Source: an uncultured Nitrospiraceae bacterium (lineage in GTDB: Bacteria > Nitrospirota > Thermodesulfovibrionia > Thermodesulfovibrionales > SM23-35). Taken from it: a DNA stretch of 64,000 nt. The translations under genes and the position numbers were made by a program. This document shows, in pieces, positions 9,542 to 20,593 of the stretch (within the stretch, counting starts at the first letter, position 1; each line of letters opens with the position of its first letter). The notes beneath the pieces are model-generated. The model was given only the letters and a program-made list of their open reading frames with translations, had not been told where the DNA came from and ran no database searches. Where the stretch lies: the NCBI GenBank assembly GCA_963727775.1, contig CAVSHB010000002.1, forward strand, positions 608,001 through 672,000, in the 5' to 3' direction.

Positions 9542-11410
9542 CTATGGTCTTTTACTCAATAAGTCTGCGACGGTCGGAAAAAGGCTTATGTCCGTATGCG
9601 GCAGGAAGAGGGCGGACATGTATTCATCCATGAACCTCCTTGATACGGAAAGTTCAATGTTCGTCATCTTATGGGCGATCTCCTCAGCTTCTTTTCGCAT
9701 GGCGTCGGAGAGGAGACAGAGATACGCGCCTGCAATGGAAGTATTGCCCACGAGTACAAATTTCTTTTTCGGCATATCGGGCAACATTCCTATAATGACC
9801 GCTTTATCAATGTTGAGATAATTCCCGAACCCTCCCGCAATGTAAACATGCTCTATGTCATCGAGCGCCAACCCGACTTTTTTCAAAAGCAGCGAAATAC
9901 CCGCGTATATTGCCGCTTTCGCCCTCATGATGTTTTCTATATCGACCTCCGTCAATACGATCTCCCTGCGGTCATCACTGTAAAATAAGAATTCGGGGCC
10001 TTCAAAGCCGTCTCTGATCCGGTCTGTCCCTCCTTTCACAAACCTTCCTTTTTGGTCTATGACCCCAGACAATAACATCTCTGTTATCGCGTCTATCATG
10101 CCCGATCCGCATATCCCGACAGGCTTCCCTCCTCCTATTACTCCAAGTGAAGGCTCAAATGTCCGGGGATCGATCTTTACGGACTCCACGGCGCCTTCGG
10201 TCGCCCTCATGCCGTGTCTTATACCGCTTCCTTCAAAACACGGGCCCGCAGAGCACGCGGCTGTAACGAGCCATTCCCGGTTGCCGATCACGATTTCTCC
10301 GTTTGTGCCGATATCCAGGAACAAAGATACTTCATCCTGCCTGTGCATTTTTGACGCAAGGACCCCAGCGACTATATCACCGCCTATATAACTGGCAATG
10401 CACGGGACCGTATATACAGGCGCAAGACCGTTGATTTTTATTCCGGCGGTGCCCGCATTCCACAAAGGAAAGAAATTTAGTGTCGGCGTATAAGGGTCTT
10501 CCCGGATATATCCGGGGTTGAGCTTCCAGAAGATATGGGACATCGTTGTATTGCCCGAAATCACTGCGGACTCGATCTCTCCGGTTTTTATGTTATGCTT
10601 TTCAATTATCACGGATAAAAGGTCATTGATATCCGTTGTCACAGCCTCACTGAGTTCTCCGAGCCCGCCTGCTTCTGTTGCGCAGACTATCCTCGTGATT
10701 ACGTCATCTCCGTATCGTATCTGTGAATTGTAAGTTGATCCGACATCAATGATACTGCCGTCTTTAAGGTCGACTACATATACGACGATCGTTGTTGTGC
10801 CTATATCTACTGCCATGCCGTATCGCTCCCTAAGCCCCTTCGGCGTTATAAACAAAGCCTTCCGGTCATCAGTGTAAGCAAGGTTGACCTTCCAATCCGC
10901 TTCCCTGAGAGATACGGCCAGCGATGATACAAAACTATAAGTAAATCTCAGGTCCTTCAAGCCATTCCCCTCTGCCGCCTGAATAAACCGTTCAAGGTCT
11001 CCGGCATTGTCATGTATAGAAGGGGGCGTGATGTCGAGGGAAATCCATTTCACAACCGGAGAAATTTTTCCATCCAGAGACCGGAAGAGTTCACAAAGGT
11101 CCTTAAACCGGGAAATCTCAATGATGTCTCCAATGACGATTGTTGATTCTTTCGGAATATCTATGGTGATATTTTCTTCAGGAACTATCTGACACGCAAG
11201 CACAACACCTGATTGTATCTCGTCGGGACCGAGTTTGCCCGTGGATTTTGCGGAGTATTTCCCTTCGAGTATCCTGATGCGGCATTTCCCGCATGTTCCT
11301 TTGCCTCCGCATGAGGTAGTAAGGTATACACGTTGTCTTTTCAAAGCCTGAAGCAGGTTTTCACTATCAGTCACGTCCAGAATTTTGCCGGTCGATAATT
11401 TGATATTCAT
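9542..11410 (-). CDS. ASKHA-domain reductive activator of corrinoid proteins (RACo/AcsV, DUF4445)
   Basis: N-terminal 2Fe-2S CGGKGTCGKC, DIGTTT, DIGTNGE, AGPCFEG, GICGSG, AGGFG. Confidence 0.9.
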   Translation of the reverse strand: MNIKLSTGKILDVTDSENLLQALKRQRVYLTTSCGGKGTCGKCRIRILEGKYSAKSTGKLGPDEIQSGVVLACQIVPEENITIDIPKESTIVIGDIIEISRFKDLCELFRSLDGKISPVVKWISLDITPPSIHDNAGDLERFIQAAEGNGLKDLRFTYSFVSSLAVSLREADWKVNLAYTDDRKALFITPKGLRERYGMAVDIGTTTIVVYVVDLKDGSIIDVGSTYNSQIRYGDDVITRIVCATEAGGLGELSEAVTTDINDLLSVIIEKHNIKTGEIESAVISGNTTMSHIFWKLNPGYIREDPYTPTLNFFPLWNAGTAGIKINGLAPVYTVPCIASYIGGDIVAGVLASKMHRQDEVSLFLDIGTNGEIVIGNREWLVTAACSAGPCFEGSGIRHGMRATEGAVESVKIDPRTFEPSLGVIGGGKPVGICGSGMIDAITEMLLSGVIDQKGRFVKGGTDRIRDGFEGPEFLFYSDDRREIVLTEVDIENIMRAKAAIYAGISLLLKKVGLALDDIEHVYIAGGFGNYLNIDKAVIIGMLPDMPKKKFVLVGNTSIAGAYLCLLSDAMRKEAEEIAHKMTNIELSVSRRFMDEYMSALFLPHTDISLFPTVADLLSKRP

Positions 11411-11554
11411 AATTGTTGCACCTATTCTATCATAAGATATGCTCGCCTGCCGCCATAGTAAAATTTATATAACTTTGGGTCTTCTATTTGAAAATGAGTT
11501 TGATATAATCTGCTTAATTGTATAATTATAAATCTGAAGGAGTATTTTACAGTT

Positions 11555-12025
11555 ATGAAAAGAATACTATATGTCCTATTTTTATGCCTCGGACTTTCGG
11601 TCTCTTTTTTTGCGACTGCACGGATAGTTCAGGCTACTCTTGGCGAACCAGTCGATTCAATCTCTGCGGACAGAAAAGCCTTATCGGCTGTTCGGCGCGC
11701 CGCGACTGTACATAAGGGCTACGCGGTCCAGGAAATCGCATCCGATTCGACCGTTGTGCGACAATATATTTCGCCGTCGGGAATCGTATTCGGTATAGCG
11801 TGGAACGGCTTGATCCACCCCGATCTTACTCAGCTCCTGGGCTCCTATGATAGCGAATACCGGGAAGCTTTACAGCAGACGCCGCGCAAACGGGGCAGCA
11901 GACGCTTACAGGTGAAGACGAACCGGGTTGTTGTCGAGAAATGGGGGCACATGCGGAACCTTCAGGGACGGGCTTACGCCCGGGCCTTAATTCCTCCAGG
12001 AGTAAACGTAGATGAAATCAGGTAA
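11555..12025 (+). CDS. DUF2844 family exported protein
   Basis: Signal peptide; VRQY..PSG.VFGIAW.G..HPDL.QLLG; GHMRNLQGRAY; overlaps the DUF3443 gene. Confidence 0.8.
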   Translation: MKRILYVLFLCLGLSVSFFATARIVQATLGEPVDSISADRKALSAVRRAATVHKGYAVQEIASDSTVVRQYISPSGIVFGIAWNGLIHPDLTQLLGSYDSEYREALQQTPRKRGSRRLQVKTNRVVVEKWGHMRNLQGRAYARALIPPGVNVDEIR

Positions 12026-13196
12026 GATATCGATCCTTATGATTGTTCTTGTGTTGATGGCCGCATGCGGCGGTGGATCGTCGGGAGGGGGCGGTTCTAC
12101 GCCAGTCAATACCGGGGACAATGTACTCACCATCACCGTGAACGGGTCATTGTGTTCGGCTAACTCTTACACGAATAAGCCTTGCGTAAGTCTGACGATC
12201 TGTTCGCCCGGAACCTCGACCTGTCAGACGATAAATGACATTCTGCTTGATACCGGAAGCTATGGGTTACGTATATTTAAACAGGCACTGAGCGTCCCTT
12301 TGACGCAAGTTACCGCCGGTTCCGGATCGCTCGCCGAGTGCGTACAGTTCTCAGACGGGTCCTCGGATTGGGGGCCTGTTCAGACAGCGAGCGTCATCCT
12401 GGGGAACGAGCCTGCGGTCCTGGTACCGATCCAGGTCATTGACTCAACTTTCGCCAGTGCCCCTCACGCGTGCAAAAATCCTGACAAAAGTCCGGCTGAT
12501 GCCGGATTCAACGGGATACTCGGGATCGGCCTCTTTGCCCAGGACTGCGGTCCGGACTGCTCAGGCAACGCCGGCAATGGGCAATATTATACCTGTAACG
12601 GATCGAGCTGCAGCGGAACTACTGCTGCCCTCTCAAATCAAGTACAGAACCCGATAGCTTTGTTGCCCCTTGACAACAACGGGTTTATAGTTAAGCTTCC
12701 GAATGTTCCTTCTGGAGGCTCGCCCTCGGTCAATGGCACCCTTGTGCTTGGTATCGGGACCCGGTCCAACAACGTGCCTCCAAAAGTGACAACGTATCCC
12801 GCCAACCAGGTCGGTGAATTCATTACAACCTTCAACGGTAACACTTACAGCAGTTTTATCGACAGCGGCTCAAATGGCCTATTCTTTCCTTCTCCCTCAT
12901 CCAGTCTGCTTCCGGATTGCGCTCCTCCCAATTCAGGATTTTACTGCCCCTCTGTCATAAGGAGCTTCAGTACTACCAATACAGGCGCCTTCGGTTCCCC
13001 GAGTGGAGTAGTCTCTTTCGAGATAGGAGACTTCGATAGTCTTATGTCTTCGCCCAACAACGTATTTCCAGATTTAGGGGGGAGTGATGTTGGCGAATTC
13101 GACTGGGGACTTCCATTTTATTTAGGGCGGGATGTCTATCTGGGGATCGATGGGACTACGTCCAGCCTTGGCAACGGTCCTTACTGGGCTTATTGA
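12012..13196 (+). CDS. DUF3443 lipoprotein, pepsin-like aspartic protease fold
   Basis: Lipobox LMAAC, Gly/Ser linker, DTGS and DSGS motifs, NGILGIG, FDWGLPF. Confidence 0.82.
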   Translation: MKSGKISILMIVLVLMAACGGGSSGGGGSTPVNTGDNVLTITVNGSLCSANSYTNKPCVSLTICSPGTSTCQTINDILLDTGSYGLRIFKQALSVPLTQVTAGSGSLAECVQFSDGSSDWGPVQTASVILGNEPAVLVPIQVIDSTFASAPHACKNPDKSPADAGFNGILGIGLFAQDCGPDCSGNAGNGQYYTCNGSSCSGTTAALSNQVQNPIALLPLDNNGFIVKLPNVPSGGSPSVNGTLVLGIGTRSNNVPPKVTTYPANQVGEFITTFNGNTYSSFIDSGSNGLFFPSPSSSLLPDCAPPNSGFYCPSVIRSFSTTNTGAFGSPSGVVSFEIGDFDSLMSSPNNVFPDLGGSDVGEFDWGLPFYLGRDVYLGIDGTTSSLGNGPYWAY

Positions 13197-13413
13197 TTGT
13201 AATCACCTGCCTTGTAACCAACTGTTCATTTACTGCGTCTCTAAATAAAAGACCGGTGTAAATCCGGAATTTTTTATCTTCTTCTTTTTTGCGGCAGCCA
13301 GTCTCCCCCCTATAGACTGGCTGCTCCCTCCCTAATATATGCGGGCGCTCATAATTCATTGAGTTTGTTCATCCTACATGGTATATTAATCAAAATAAAT
13401 GAGGTCATGATAT

Positions 13414-14679
13414 ATGCTGATTGTACAAAAATACGGCGGAACATCCGTCGGCAGTATTGAGAGGATTAAGGCCGTTGCCGAACGGGTTTTTAATACCATG
13501 GCACAAGGTAATAAGGTAGTTGTTATCGTCTCGGCAATGTCCGGTGAGACTGACAAGCTCATCAAGCTTTCAAATCAGATTTCTCAAAATCCCGACGGAC
13601 GTGAGATGGATCTCCTCCTCTCAGCAGGGGAGCGCACCAGCGCCGCCCTCACAGCAATTGCAATAAATGAACTCGGCGTCAAGTCGCTGTCTTTTACCGG
13701 CAGACAGGTGGGTATTATTACAAATGAAGTCCATACGCAGGCAAAGATAGAAAAGATAACGGGAGAAAGAGTGAAGAAGGCCATTTCAAAAGGGATAATA
13801 CCTGTTATCGCGGGTTTCCAGGGTGTAACAGAGACTTCTGAAGTTACAACGCTTGGAAGGGGAGGGTCGGATTTAACTGCTGTAGCCGTAGCTGCTGCGT
13901 TGAAAGCCGATCTTTGCGAGATATATACGGATGTTGACGGCGTGTTTACTACAGACCCTAATATTGTGCCTGATGCGAAAAAGCTCGCTAAGATCTCTTA
14001 TGAAGAGATGCTCGAGATGGCGAGTCTCGGCGCGAAGGTTCTGCAGACAAGGTCGGTCGAGTTCGCAAAAAAATACGATGTGCCTGTTGTGGTCAGGTCG
14101 AGTTTCAATAATAATGCCGGTACACTGGTCGTGAAGGAGGACAAGGAGATGGAAAAGGTTGTCGTATCAGGCGTTGCCTATGATAAGAACCAGGCTAAGA
14201 TAACCGTGGTGGCAGTTCCGGATAAGCCGGGGGTGGCGGCAAGACTCTTCAACGCAATTGCCGGTGCTAATATTATTGTTGATATGATCGTCCAGAACAT
14301 AAGCAGCGACGGGAAGGCGACGGACATATCCTTTACTGTGCCGAAGGCCGACAGTAGAAATGCACTGAAGATTACGGAAGAGATCGTCACCGAACTCGGC
14401 GCAAAGGACGTTAAACTGAGGGAAGATATAGCCAAGGTTTCTGTGATAGGCGTCGGTATGAGGACCCATTCAGGAGTTGCGGCAAAGATGTTTGAGACAC
14501 TTGCAAAGCACAGCATCAATATTATAATGATAAGCACTTCTGAGATAAAGGTCTCTTGCGTTGTTGATTCAAAATATACGGAGCTTGCGGTCAGGGTGCT
14601 GCATGATGCGTTTGGTCTCGGGGAAGATATTCAAGAGCAGGCTAAAAAGAGTAAGAAGGTAGTCCAAAGGAAACGTTAG
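13414..14679 (+). CDS. lysC: Aspartate kinase
   Basis: [15 protein letters not shown], two ACT domains. Confidence 0.96.
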   Translation: MLIVQKYGGTSVGSIERIKAVAERVFNTMAQGNKVVVIVSAMSGETDKLIKLSNQISQNPDGREMDLLLSAGERTSAALTAIAINELGVKSLSFTGRQVGIITNEVHTQAKIEKITGERVKKAISKGIIPVIAGFQGVTETSEVTTLGRGGSDLTAVAVAAALKADLCEIYTDVDGVFTTDPNIVPDAKKLAKISYEEMLEMASLGAKVLQTRSVEFAKKYDVPVVVRSSFNNNAGTLVVKEDKEMEKVVVSGVAYDKNQAKITVVAVPDKPGVAARLFNAIAGANIIVDMIVQNISSDGKATDISFTVPKADSRNALKITEEIVTELGAKDVKLREDIAKVSVIGVGMRTHSGVAAKMFETLAKHSINIIMISTSEIKVSCVVDSKYTELAVRVLHDAFGLGEDIQEQAKKSKKVVQRKR

Positions 14680-14686
14680 TGTTGTT

Positions 14687-16252
14687 ATGCGGCAGATAGA
14701 GATATATGATACAACATTGAGGGACGGGGCGCAGACAGAAGATATCGCATTTTCTGTAGAGGACAAGCTCCGGATTACCGAGAAGCTTGATGAGCTCGGG
14801 GTGCATTACATAGAAGGAGGCTGGCCCGGAGCCAATCCAAAGGATATTGAGTATTTCAAGAAAGCAAGGAAGATCAAATTTAGGAATGCAAGCATAGTTG
14901 CATTTGGCAGCACTCACAGGCCTAAATTCAAGGTAAGTGAAGATGCCTTAATGAAAGCGCTCCTTGATTCAAAAGTGAAAATCATTACGATCTTCGGAAA
15001 GTCATGGGATTTCCATGTCAAAGAGGCGCTGAAGATATCTCTCAACGAAAACCTGGATATTATCCATAATTCGGTCTCCTATCTCAAGAAAAATGTAGAG
15101 ACCGTTTTTTATGATGCGGAACATTTCTTCGACGGATATAAGGACAATCAGAAATATGCTCTCAAGTGCCTTCTTGCCGCGCAGGATGCCGGCGCAGACT
15201 GTCTCGTGCTCTGTGACACAAATGGCGGGACCATGCCTAATGAGATAAGGAAGATTATTGAAGAAGTCAGAAAAAATGTTCATACTCCTCTCGGTATCCA
15301 CTGCCATAATGATTCCGAATGCGCGGTTGCAAATTCTGTTGTCGCGGTAGAAAGCGGTGCTGCTCATGTACAGGGGACGATCAACGGGCTCGGTGAGCGG
15401 TGCGGGAATGCAAACCTATGCTCTGTAATACCTGATTTGCAGATTAAACTCGGGATGAAGTGTATCGGTGATCAGATGAGAAGGTTGAGGGATGTATCAA
15501 GGTTTGTGACTGAGATAGCCAATCTCAGGCATTTCAAGAGACAGCCCTTTGTCGGAGACAGCGCTTTCGCCCATAAGGCGGGGATGCATGTAAGCGCAGT
15601 AAGGAAGAGGCCTGAAACTTATGAACATATCAGGCCGGAGGTTGTCGGTAATTCCCAGAGAGTATTGATATCGGACCTGGCGGGGAAGAGCAATATATTG
15701 AGGAAGGCAGAGGAATTTGGTATCCGCCTTGACCCTGATTCTCCCCAGATACAGGACATCGTGACAACCTTAAAGAACCTTGAAAACGAGGGTTTCCAGT
15801 TTGAGGGTGCAGAAGCCTCGTTCGAACTCCTTATGAAAAAGTCGTTGGGGCTCCACAAAAGATTTTTTGATCTTATAGGGTTCAGGATTATCGTTGAGAA
15901 GAGACAGGAGGGGGAGGAGGCCCTAAGTGAGGCGACGATTATGGTAAAGGTCGGGGGCCGGATCGAACATACCGCTGCGACGGGGAACGGTCCGGTAAAT
16001 GCAATCGATCATGCCATGCGAAAGGCGCTTGATAAGTTTTATCCGGAGCTGAAAGACGTCAAGCTGCACGATTATAAGGTACGTGTCCTGACGGCTGGCA
16101 GAGGTACCTCTGCAAAGGTCAGGGTACTTATTGAATCAGGAGATGAGGAGAAAAGATGGGGCACTGTCGGAGTGTCCGAGAATATTATTGAAGCATCATA
16201 TCAGGCGCTGGTCGACAGCATCGAATATAAACTGCTGAAGGAAGAGCGGTAA
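14687..16252 (+). CDS. cimA: Citramalate synthase
   Basis: [37 protein letters not shown]. Confidence 0.9.
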   Translation: MRQIEIYDTTLRDGAQTEDIAFSVEDKLRITEKLDELGVHYIEGGWPGANPKDIEYFKKARKIKFRNASIVAFGSTHRPKFKVSEDALMKALLDSKVKIITIFGKSWDFHVKEALKISLNENLDIIHNSVSYLKKNVETVFYDAEHFFDGYKDNQKYALKCLLAAQDAGADCLVLCDTNGGTMPNEIRKIIEEVRKNVHTPLGIHCHNDSECAVANSVVAVESGAAHVQGTINGLGERCGNANLCSVIPDLQIKLGMKCIGDQMRRLRDVSRFVTEIANLRHFKRQPFVGDSAFAHKAGMHVSAVRKRPETYEHIRPEVVGNSQRVLISDLAGKSNILRKAEEFGIRLDPDSPQIQDIVTTLKNLENEGFQFEGAEASFELLMKKSLGLHKRFFDLIGFRIIVEKRQEGEEALSEATIMVKVGGRIEHTAATGNGPVNAIDHAMRKALDKFYPELKDVKLHDYKVRVLTAGRGTSAKVRVLIESGDEEKRWGTVGVSENIIEASYQALVDSIEYKLLKEER

Positions 16253-16286
16253 GCAGATTATATAAGTTGTAGTTTATGGTCAGACT

Positions 16287-17336
16287 CTACTTCGTGATTT
16301 TCTGGAACAGTTCATCGAGAAGATCTTCCTCGTCGACGCTTTTGACTATCCGTCCTTTCTTGAAGAGGATGCCTCTCCCTTTCCCTCCTGCTATACCATA
16401 GTCAGCTTCTCTCGCTTCTCCGGGGCCGTTCACTATACATCCCATAACGGCAATGGTCATCGGCTTGTCGATATTTTTAACCCTGTCTTCAACCTTTTTT
16501 ACAAGCCGTTTCAGGTCGATCCTGCACCTGCCGCAGGTGGGACAGGATATGATGTTTACCCCTCTGCGTCTCAACCCGAGCGAAGCCAAAATGCCGTAAG
16601 CTACTCTCACTTCTTCTTCAGGGTTTGCAGTTAGCGATACTCTTATAGTATCTCCGATTCCGTTATTAAGTAATATGCCGAGCCCGACAGAGCTCTTTAT
16701 AATCCCTTGAGACGGTGGGCCTGCTTCTGATATCCCTATATGGAGAGGGTAATCATATCTTTCCGAAAACAACCTGTATGCCTCAACTGTTTTCAAGACA
16801 TCCGATGCCTTCAGTGAGACCTTGATAGCCGTAAAACCGAGTTCTTCGAGTATCTGTATATTCCCTCCGGCACTCTCAACCAAAGCCTCCGGCGTCGGAT
16901 GCCCATACTTACGTAAAAGCCCTTTATCGAGAGAGCCCGCGTTTACACCTATCCGTATCGGTATCCCTCTGTCCATTGCCGCGGTTACGACCTCCTTTAT
17001 CTTCCACCGCGCACCAATGTTCCCGGGGTTTATCCTGAGTCCGTCAACCCCCTGCTTTATTGCTTCGAGCGCAAGCCGCCAGTCAAAATGGATATCAGCT
17101 ATCATGGGAATTGCAATCGACTTTTTTATCCTGCCGAGTTCTTTTGCCGCCTCTGCATCAGGTACTGCAAGCCTGATAATCTCACACCCTTTTGTTTCGA
17201 GGGCTTTTATCTGTTTTACCGTTGAACGAACATCCGCAGTGCCTGTTTTTGTCATGGACTGAACAGCAACAGGATGTCCCCCTCCAATCGGCACTTTTCC
17301 GACATAAACCGTCCTTGTCTTTTTACGGGCTTCCAT
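16287..17336 (-). CDS. ispG: HMBPP synthase
   Basis: VQSMT, ADIHF, RINPGN, CPTCGR, MGCIVNGPGE. Confidence 0.97.
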   Translation of the reverse strand: MEARKKTRTVYVGKVPIGGGHPVAVQSMTKTGTADVRSTVKQIKALETKGCEIIRLAVPDAEAAKELGRIKKSIAIPMIADIHFDWRLALEAIKQGVDGLRINPGNIGARWKIKEVVTAAMDRGIPIRIGVNAGSLDKGLLRKYGHPTPEALVESAGGNIQILEELGFTAIKVSLKASDVLKTVEAYRLFSERYDYPLHIGISEAGPPSQGIIKSSVGLGILLNNGIGDTIRVSLTANPEEEVRVAYGILASLGLRRRGVNIISCPTCGRCRIDLKRLVKKVEDRVKNIDKPMTIAVMGCIVNGPGEAREADYGIAGGKGRGILFKKGRIVKSVDEEDLLDELFQKITK

Positions 17337-18381
17337 TTTTCTCCGCGTTTTTCCTGCTGGTTTTTTTGTTCTCTTTCTCTAACGCTGTTTCTATCTGCCT
17401 TTTTACCCTGTATTCATTTACAGCGGCCTGGTGTTCTTCGGCGCTGACGGAAAAGTGATGCGTGCCGTCATTATTAGATACAAAATAAATATACGGCACG
17501 TCCGCAGGGTAAAGTGCCGCCGTGATCGATTTTATGCCGGGGGACGCAATCGGTCCCGGCGGAAGGCCTTTTATCATATATGTGTTATAAGGGGTGTTCT
17601 TTTTCAGATCATCAGACGTAATTTTTTCTTTTGAGCTTTTTATCCCGTAGATAGCCGTAGGGTCTGCCTGAAGCCGCATCTTTTTCTTGAGCCTGTTATG
17701 GTAAACAGCCGAGATTAAAGGCCTGTCCGCATCCGTAATCGCCTCTTTTTCGATTATTGAAGCAAGGGTCAATACCTCATTGTCCGAGAACCCGATCTCT
17801 GATGCCCTTGCAGTTAGTTTCCCGGAATATTTTTCCCTCATTTTGTTTATCATCATCCCTACTGCTTCTTCAGGCGCCATCCCTTTCGGTATCTTGTATG
17901 TCTCAGGGAAAAGGTATCCTTCAATTGTCGGGGCATTGATATTGTGTGAAGATAAAAAGGTTTTATCCGACGAAAGCTGCCGGAGCGCATCATTATCCGC
18001 TATGCCTTTTTCAGATAACTTTGCTGCAACCTCCCTTAGGGAGTCACCCTCAACAACCGTTATCTCATATTCGATTATCTGTCCCTTTCTTAAGATTCTC
18101 AAGAGATCGAGGGAGTTCATTGATTTGTAAATCGAATAATATCCGGCCCTTATCTTTCTGTCGAGGCCGCTTATCCTGCCGATGAACAGAAACAGGTTTT
18201 TGTCACGGATCACTCCTTCTTTGTAAAAGATTTCGATAGCATGCCTGAAAGTAGCGCCTTTGGGCACCGCGATCTCGATATTCTTATTGCCGACCGGCAA
18301 AGGTATCAGGAGTTGAACAGAGATATAGACCAGACAGGAAAGAATGATGCCCGCTGATATGAAAATGATATTTTTTTTCAT
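17323..18381 (-). CDS. mltG: Endolytic transglycosylase
   Basis: N-terminal TM, EGYLFPETY, LASIIEKE, YNTY..GLPPGPI. Confidence 0.95.
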   Translation of the reverse strand: MKKNIIFISAGIILSCLVYISVQLLIPLPVGNKNIEIAVPKGATFRHAIEIFYKEGVIRDKNLFLFIGRISGLDRKIRAGYYSIYKSMNSLDLLRILRKGQIIEYEITVVEGDSLREVAAKLSEKGIADNDALRQLSSDKTFLSSHNINAPTIEGYLFPETYKIPKGMAPEEAVGMMINKMREKYSGKLTARASEIGFSDNEVLTLASIIEKEAITDADRPLISAVYHNRLKKKMRLQADPTAIYGIKSSKEKITSDDLKKNTPYNTYMIKGLPPGPIASPGIKSITAALYPADVPYIYFVSNNDGTHHFSVSAEEHQAAVNEYRVKRQIETALEKENKKTSRKNAEKNGSP

Positions 18382-18430
18382 TGTTTTAGGATGACAGAAT
18401 AAATGCGGAAATGTAAAGAATACATCGATT

Positions 18431-18462
18431 AAAAAAGAAAGCGGGGAAACCCCCGCTTTCTT
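18431..18462 (-). terminator. Rho-independent terminator of groESL
   Basis: 12-bp stem AAGAAAGCGGGG/CCCCGCTTTCTT with U-tract on the minus strand just past the groL stop. Confidence 0.85.
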
Positions 18463-18483
18463 GATGTACTTATTATTTAAATC

Positions 18484-20112
18484 TTAATACATGCCGCCCA
18501 TGCCGCCGCCCGGAGGCATTGGAGGCTCAGACTTTTCCTCTGGAATGTCTGTGATCATTACAGAGGTGGTCAGCATCAATGCCGCGACTGATGCCGCATT
18601 CTGCAGCGCATATCTTGTTACCTTTGTGGGGTCGATAATCCCTGCTTTAATCATGTCGACGTAATCTTCTTTATCTGCATCAAAGCCGTAGTTGACTTCT
18701 TTTGCGTGTTTTACTTTTTCGACTATTATTGATCCCTCAAGCCCTGCATTGTTGACGATCTGTCTGATCGGCTCTTCGAGTGACCTTTTCACTATTTCAA
18801 CGCCTATCTGTTGATCGGCGTCGAGTTTAACAGCTTTTAGGGCAGAAAGGCATCTGAGCAATGCAACTCCTCCACCAGGGATAATCCCCTCTTCAACAGC
18901 CGCCCTTGTGGCATTGAGTGCATCTTCGACCCTTGCCTTTTTCTCTTTCATCTCCGTCTCGGTTGCTGCTCCAACGTTGATCACGGCGACTCCGCCGACG
19001 AGCTTTGCAAGCCTTTCCTGGAGCTTCTCCTTGTCGTAGTCGGAGGTTGTTTCTTCTATCTGTGCCTTGATCTGCTTGACCCTCCCCTGGATCTTCGCCG
19101 GATCTCCTGCGCCTTCGACGATCGTTGTATTTTCCTTGTCCACGTTAATCTTCTTTGCGCGGCCCAGGTCGGATATCTTTATGCTTTCAAGCTTTATCCC
19201 GAGGTCTTCCGATATCATTGTGCCGCCGGTAAGAACGGCGATATCTTCGAGCATGGACTTGCGTCTTTCCCCAAAACCCGGCGCCTTCACAGCGCATACC
19301 TGAATTGTCCCGCGGAGCTTGTTCACAACGAGAGTTGCGAGTGCCTCACCCTCAATCTCTTCTGCAAGGATCATTAAAGGTTTCCCCATCTTTGCAGTCT
19401 GCTCGAGTATCGGGAGAAGGTCTTTCATACTTGATATCTTTTTCTCATTGATAAGAATAAAGGCATCTTCGAGTATACACTGCATTCTTTCGGGGTCGGT
19501 TATGAAATACGGCGATATGTAGCCCCTGTCGAATTGCATGCCTTCAACGACATCGAGGGTTGTTGCCATACTCTTGGCCTCTTCAACGGTAATGACACCG
19601 TCTTTTCCGACCTTGTCCATGGCCTCTGCGATCAATTCACCGATTGAGGAGTCGTTATTTGCGGAGATTGTGCCGACCTGTGCGATCTCTTTCTTGTCCT
19701 GGACCGGCTTGCTGAGTTTCTTGAGTTCTTCGATGACCACTTCTACTGCTTTTTCGATACCCCTCTTGATGTCCATGGGGCTTGCACCTGCAGTCACGTT
19801 TTTCATCCCTTCCCTGTAAATCGCGTGGGCAAGGACCGTAGCTGTAGTGGTGCCATCACCTGCAGTATCGGATGTCTTCGACGCCACTTCTCTTACGAGT
19901 TGTGCACCCATATTTTCCCATGGATCTTTCAGTTCGATCTCTTTTGCGACGGTGACGCCGTCCTTTGTTATTGTGGGCGCGCCGTATTTCTTATCAAGTA
20001 TTGCATTCCTTCCTTTCGGACCCAAGGTTGCCTTGACGGCATCGGTCAGCATGCTTACTCCCTTGAGTATAGCGCTTCTTGCTGCATCATCAAAAAGAAG
20101 CTGTTTAGCCAT
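18484..20112 (-). CDS. groL: Chaperonin GroEL
   Basis: [24 protein letters not shown] tail. Confidence 0.99.
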   Translation of the reverse strand: MAKQLLFDDAARSAILKGVSMLTDAVKATLGPKGRNAILDKKYGAPTITKDGVTVAKEIELKDPWENMGAQLVREVASKTSDTAGDGTTTATVLAHAIYREGMKNVTAGASPMDIKRGIEKAVEVVIEELKKLSKPVQDKKEIAQVGTISANNDSSIGELIAEAMDKVGKDGVITVEEAKSMATTLDVVEGMQFDRGYISPYFITDPERMQCILEDAFILINEKKISSMKDLLPILEQTAKMGKPLMILAEEIEGEALATLVVNKLRGTIQVCAVKAPGFGERRKSMLEDIAVLTGGTMISEDLGIKLESIKISDLGRAKKINVDKENTTIVEGAGDPAKIQGRVKQIKAQIEETTSDYDKEKLQERLAKLVGGVAVINVGAATETEMKEKKARVEDALNATRAAVEEGIIPGGGVALLRCLSALKAVKLDADQQIGVEIVKRSLEEPIRQIVNNAGLEGSIIVEKVKHAKEVNYGFDADKEDYVDMIKAGIIDPTKVTRYALQNAASVAALMLTTSVMITDIPEEKSEPPMPPGGGMGGMY

Positions 20113-20131
20113 TAATCAATCCTCCTTTTTA

Positions 20132-20419
20132 TTATTCAACGATTCCTAAGATATCTTCTTCCCTTATGATAAGGTAATCTTCATCATCCATTCTGATCTT
20201 CGATCCCGCGTACTTATCGAAAAGAATGATATTCCCTACCTTAACGTCCATGGACTGGCGTTTCCCGTCGTCAGTAATCTTGCCTGGTCCTATTGCTATT
20301 ACCGTCCCCTTCTGGGGCTTCTCTTTTGCTGTGTCAGGAATGAAAAGACCTCCGGCTGTCTTTTCCTCTTCTGACGAAAACTTGACAAATACCCTGTCTC
20401 TTAGTGGTTTAAACTTCAT
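20132..20419 (-). CDS. groES: Co-chaperonin GroES
   Basis: [16 protein letters not shown] mobile loop. Confidence 0.98.
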   Translation of the reverse strand: MKFKPLRDRVFVKFSSEEEKTAGGLFIPDTAKEKPQKGTVIAIGPGKITDDGKRQSMDVKVGNIILFDKYAGSKIRMDDEDYLIIREEDILGIVE

Positions 20420-20453
20420 AAAGTTCTCTCCTTTCTTTAGTGTAAGATTTTTG

Positions 20454-20480
20454 TTAGCACTCGAAGTCAGTGAGTGCTAA
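20454..20480. promoter_or_regulatory. CIRCE element (HrcA operator)
   Basis: Exact TTAGCACTC-N9-GAGTGCTAA upstream of groES. Confidence 0.97.
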
Positions 20481-20593
20481 TATAATAAGTTTCCGGGATT
20501 GAAGGCAAGGTTTCTTAATGCGGTAAAAAGGGGTAAAAACTAATGAAATCTTCGAAATATTAATATTATCTATATTTTTATAAGAAATACGGG

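Noticed and set aside
9542..11410. Wood-Ljungdahl operon
   Set aside because: Only the corrinoid activator is present; no acs genes in the window
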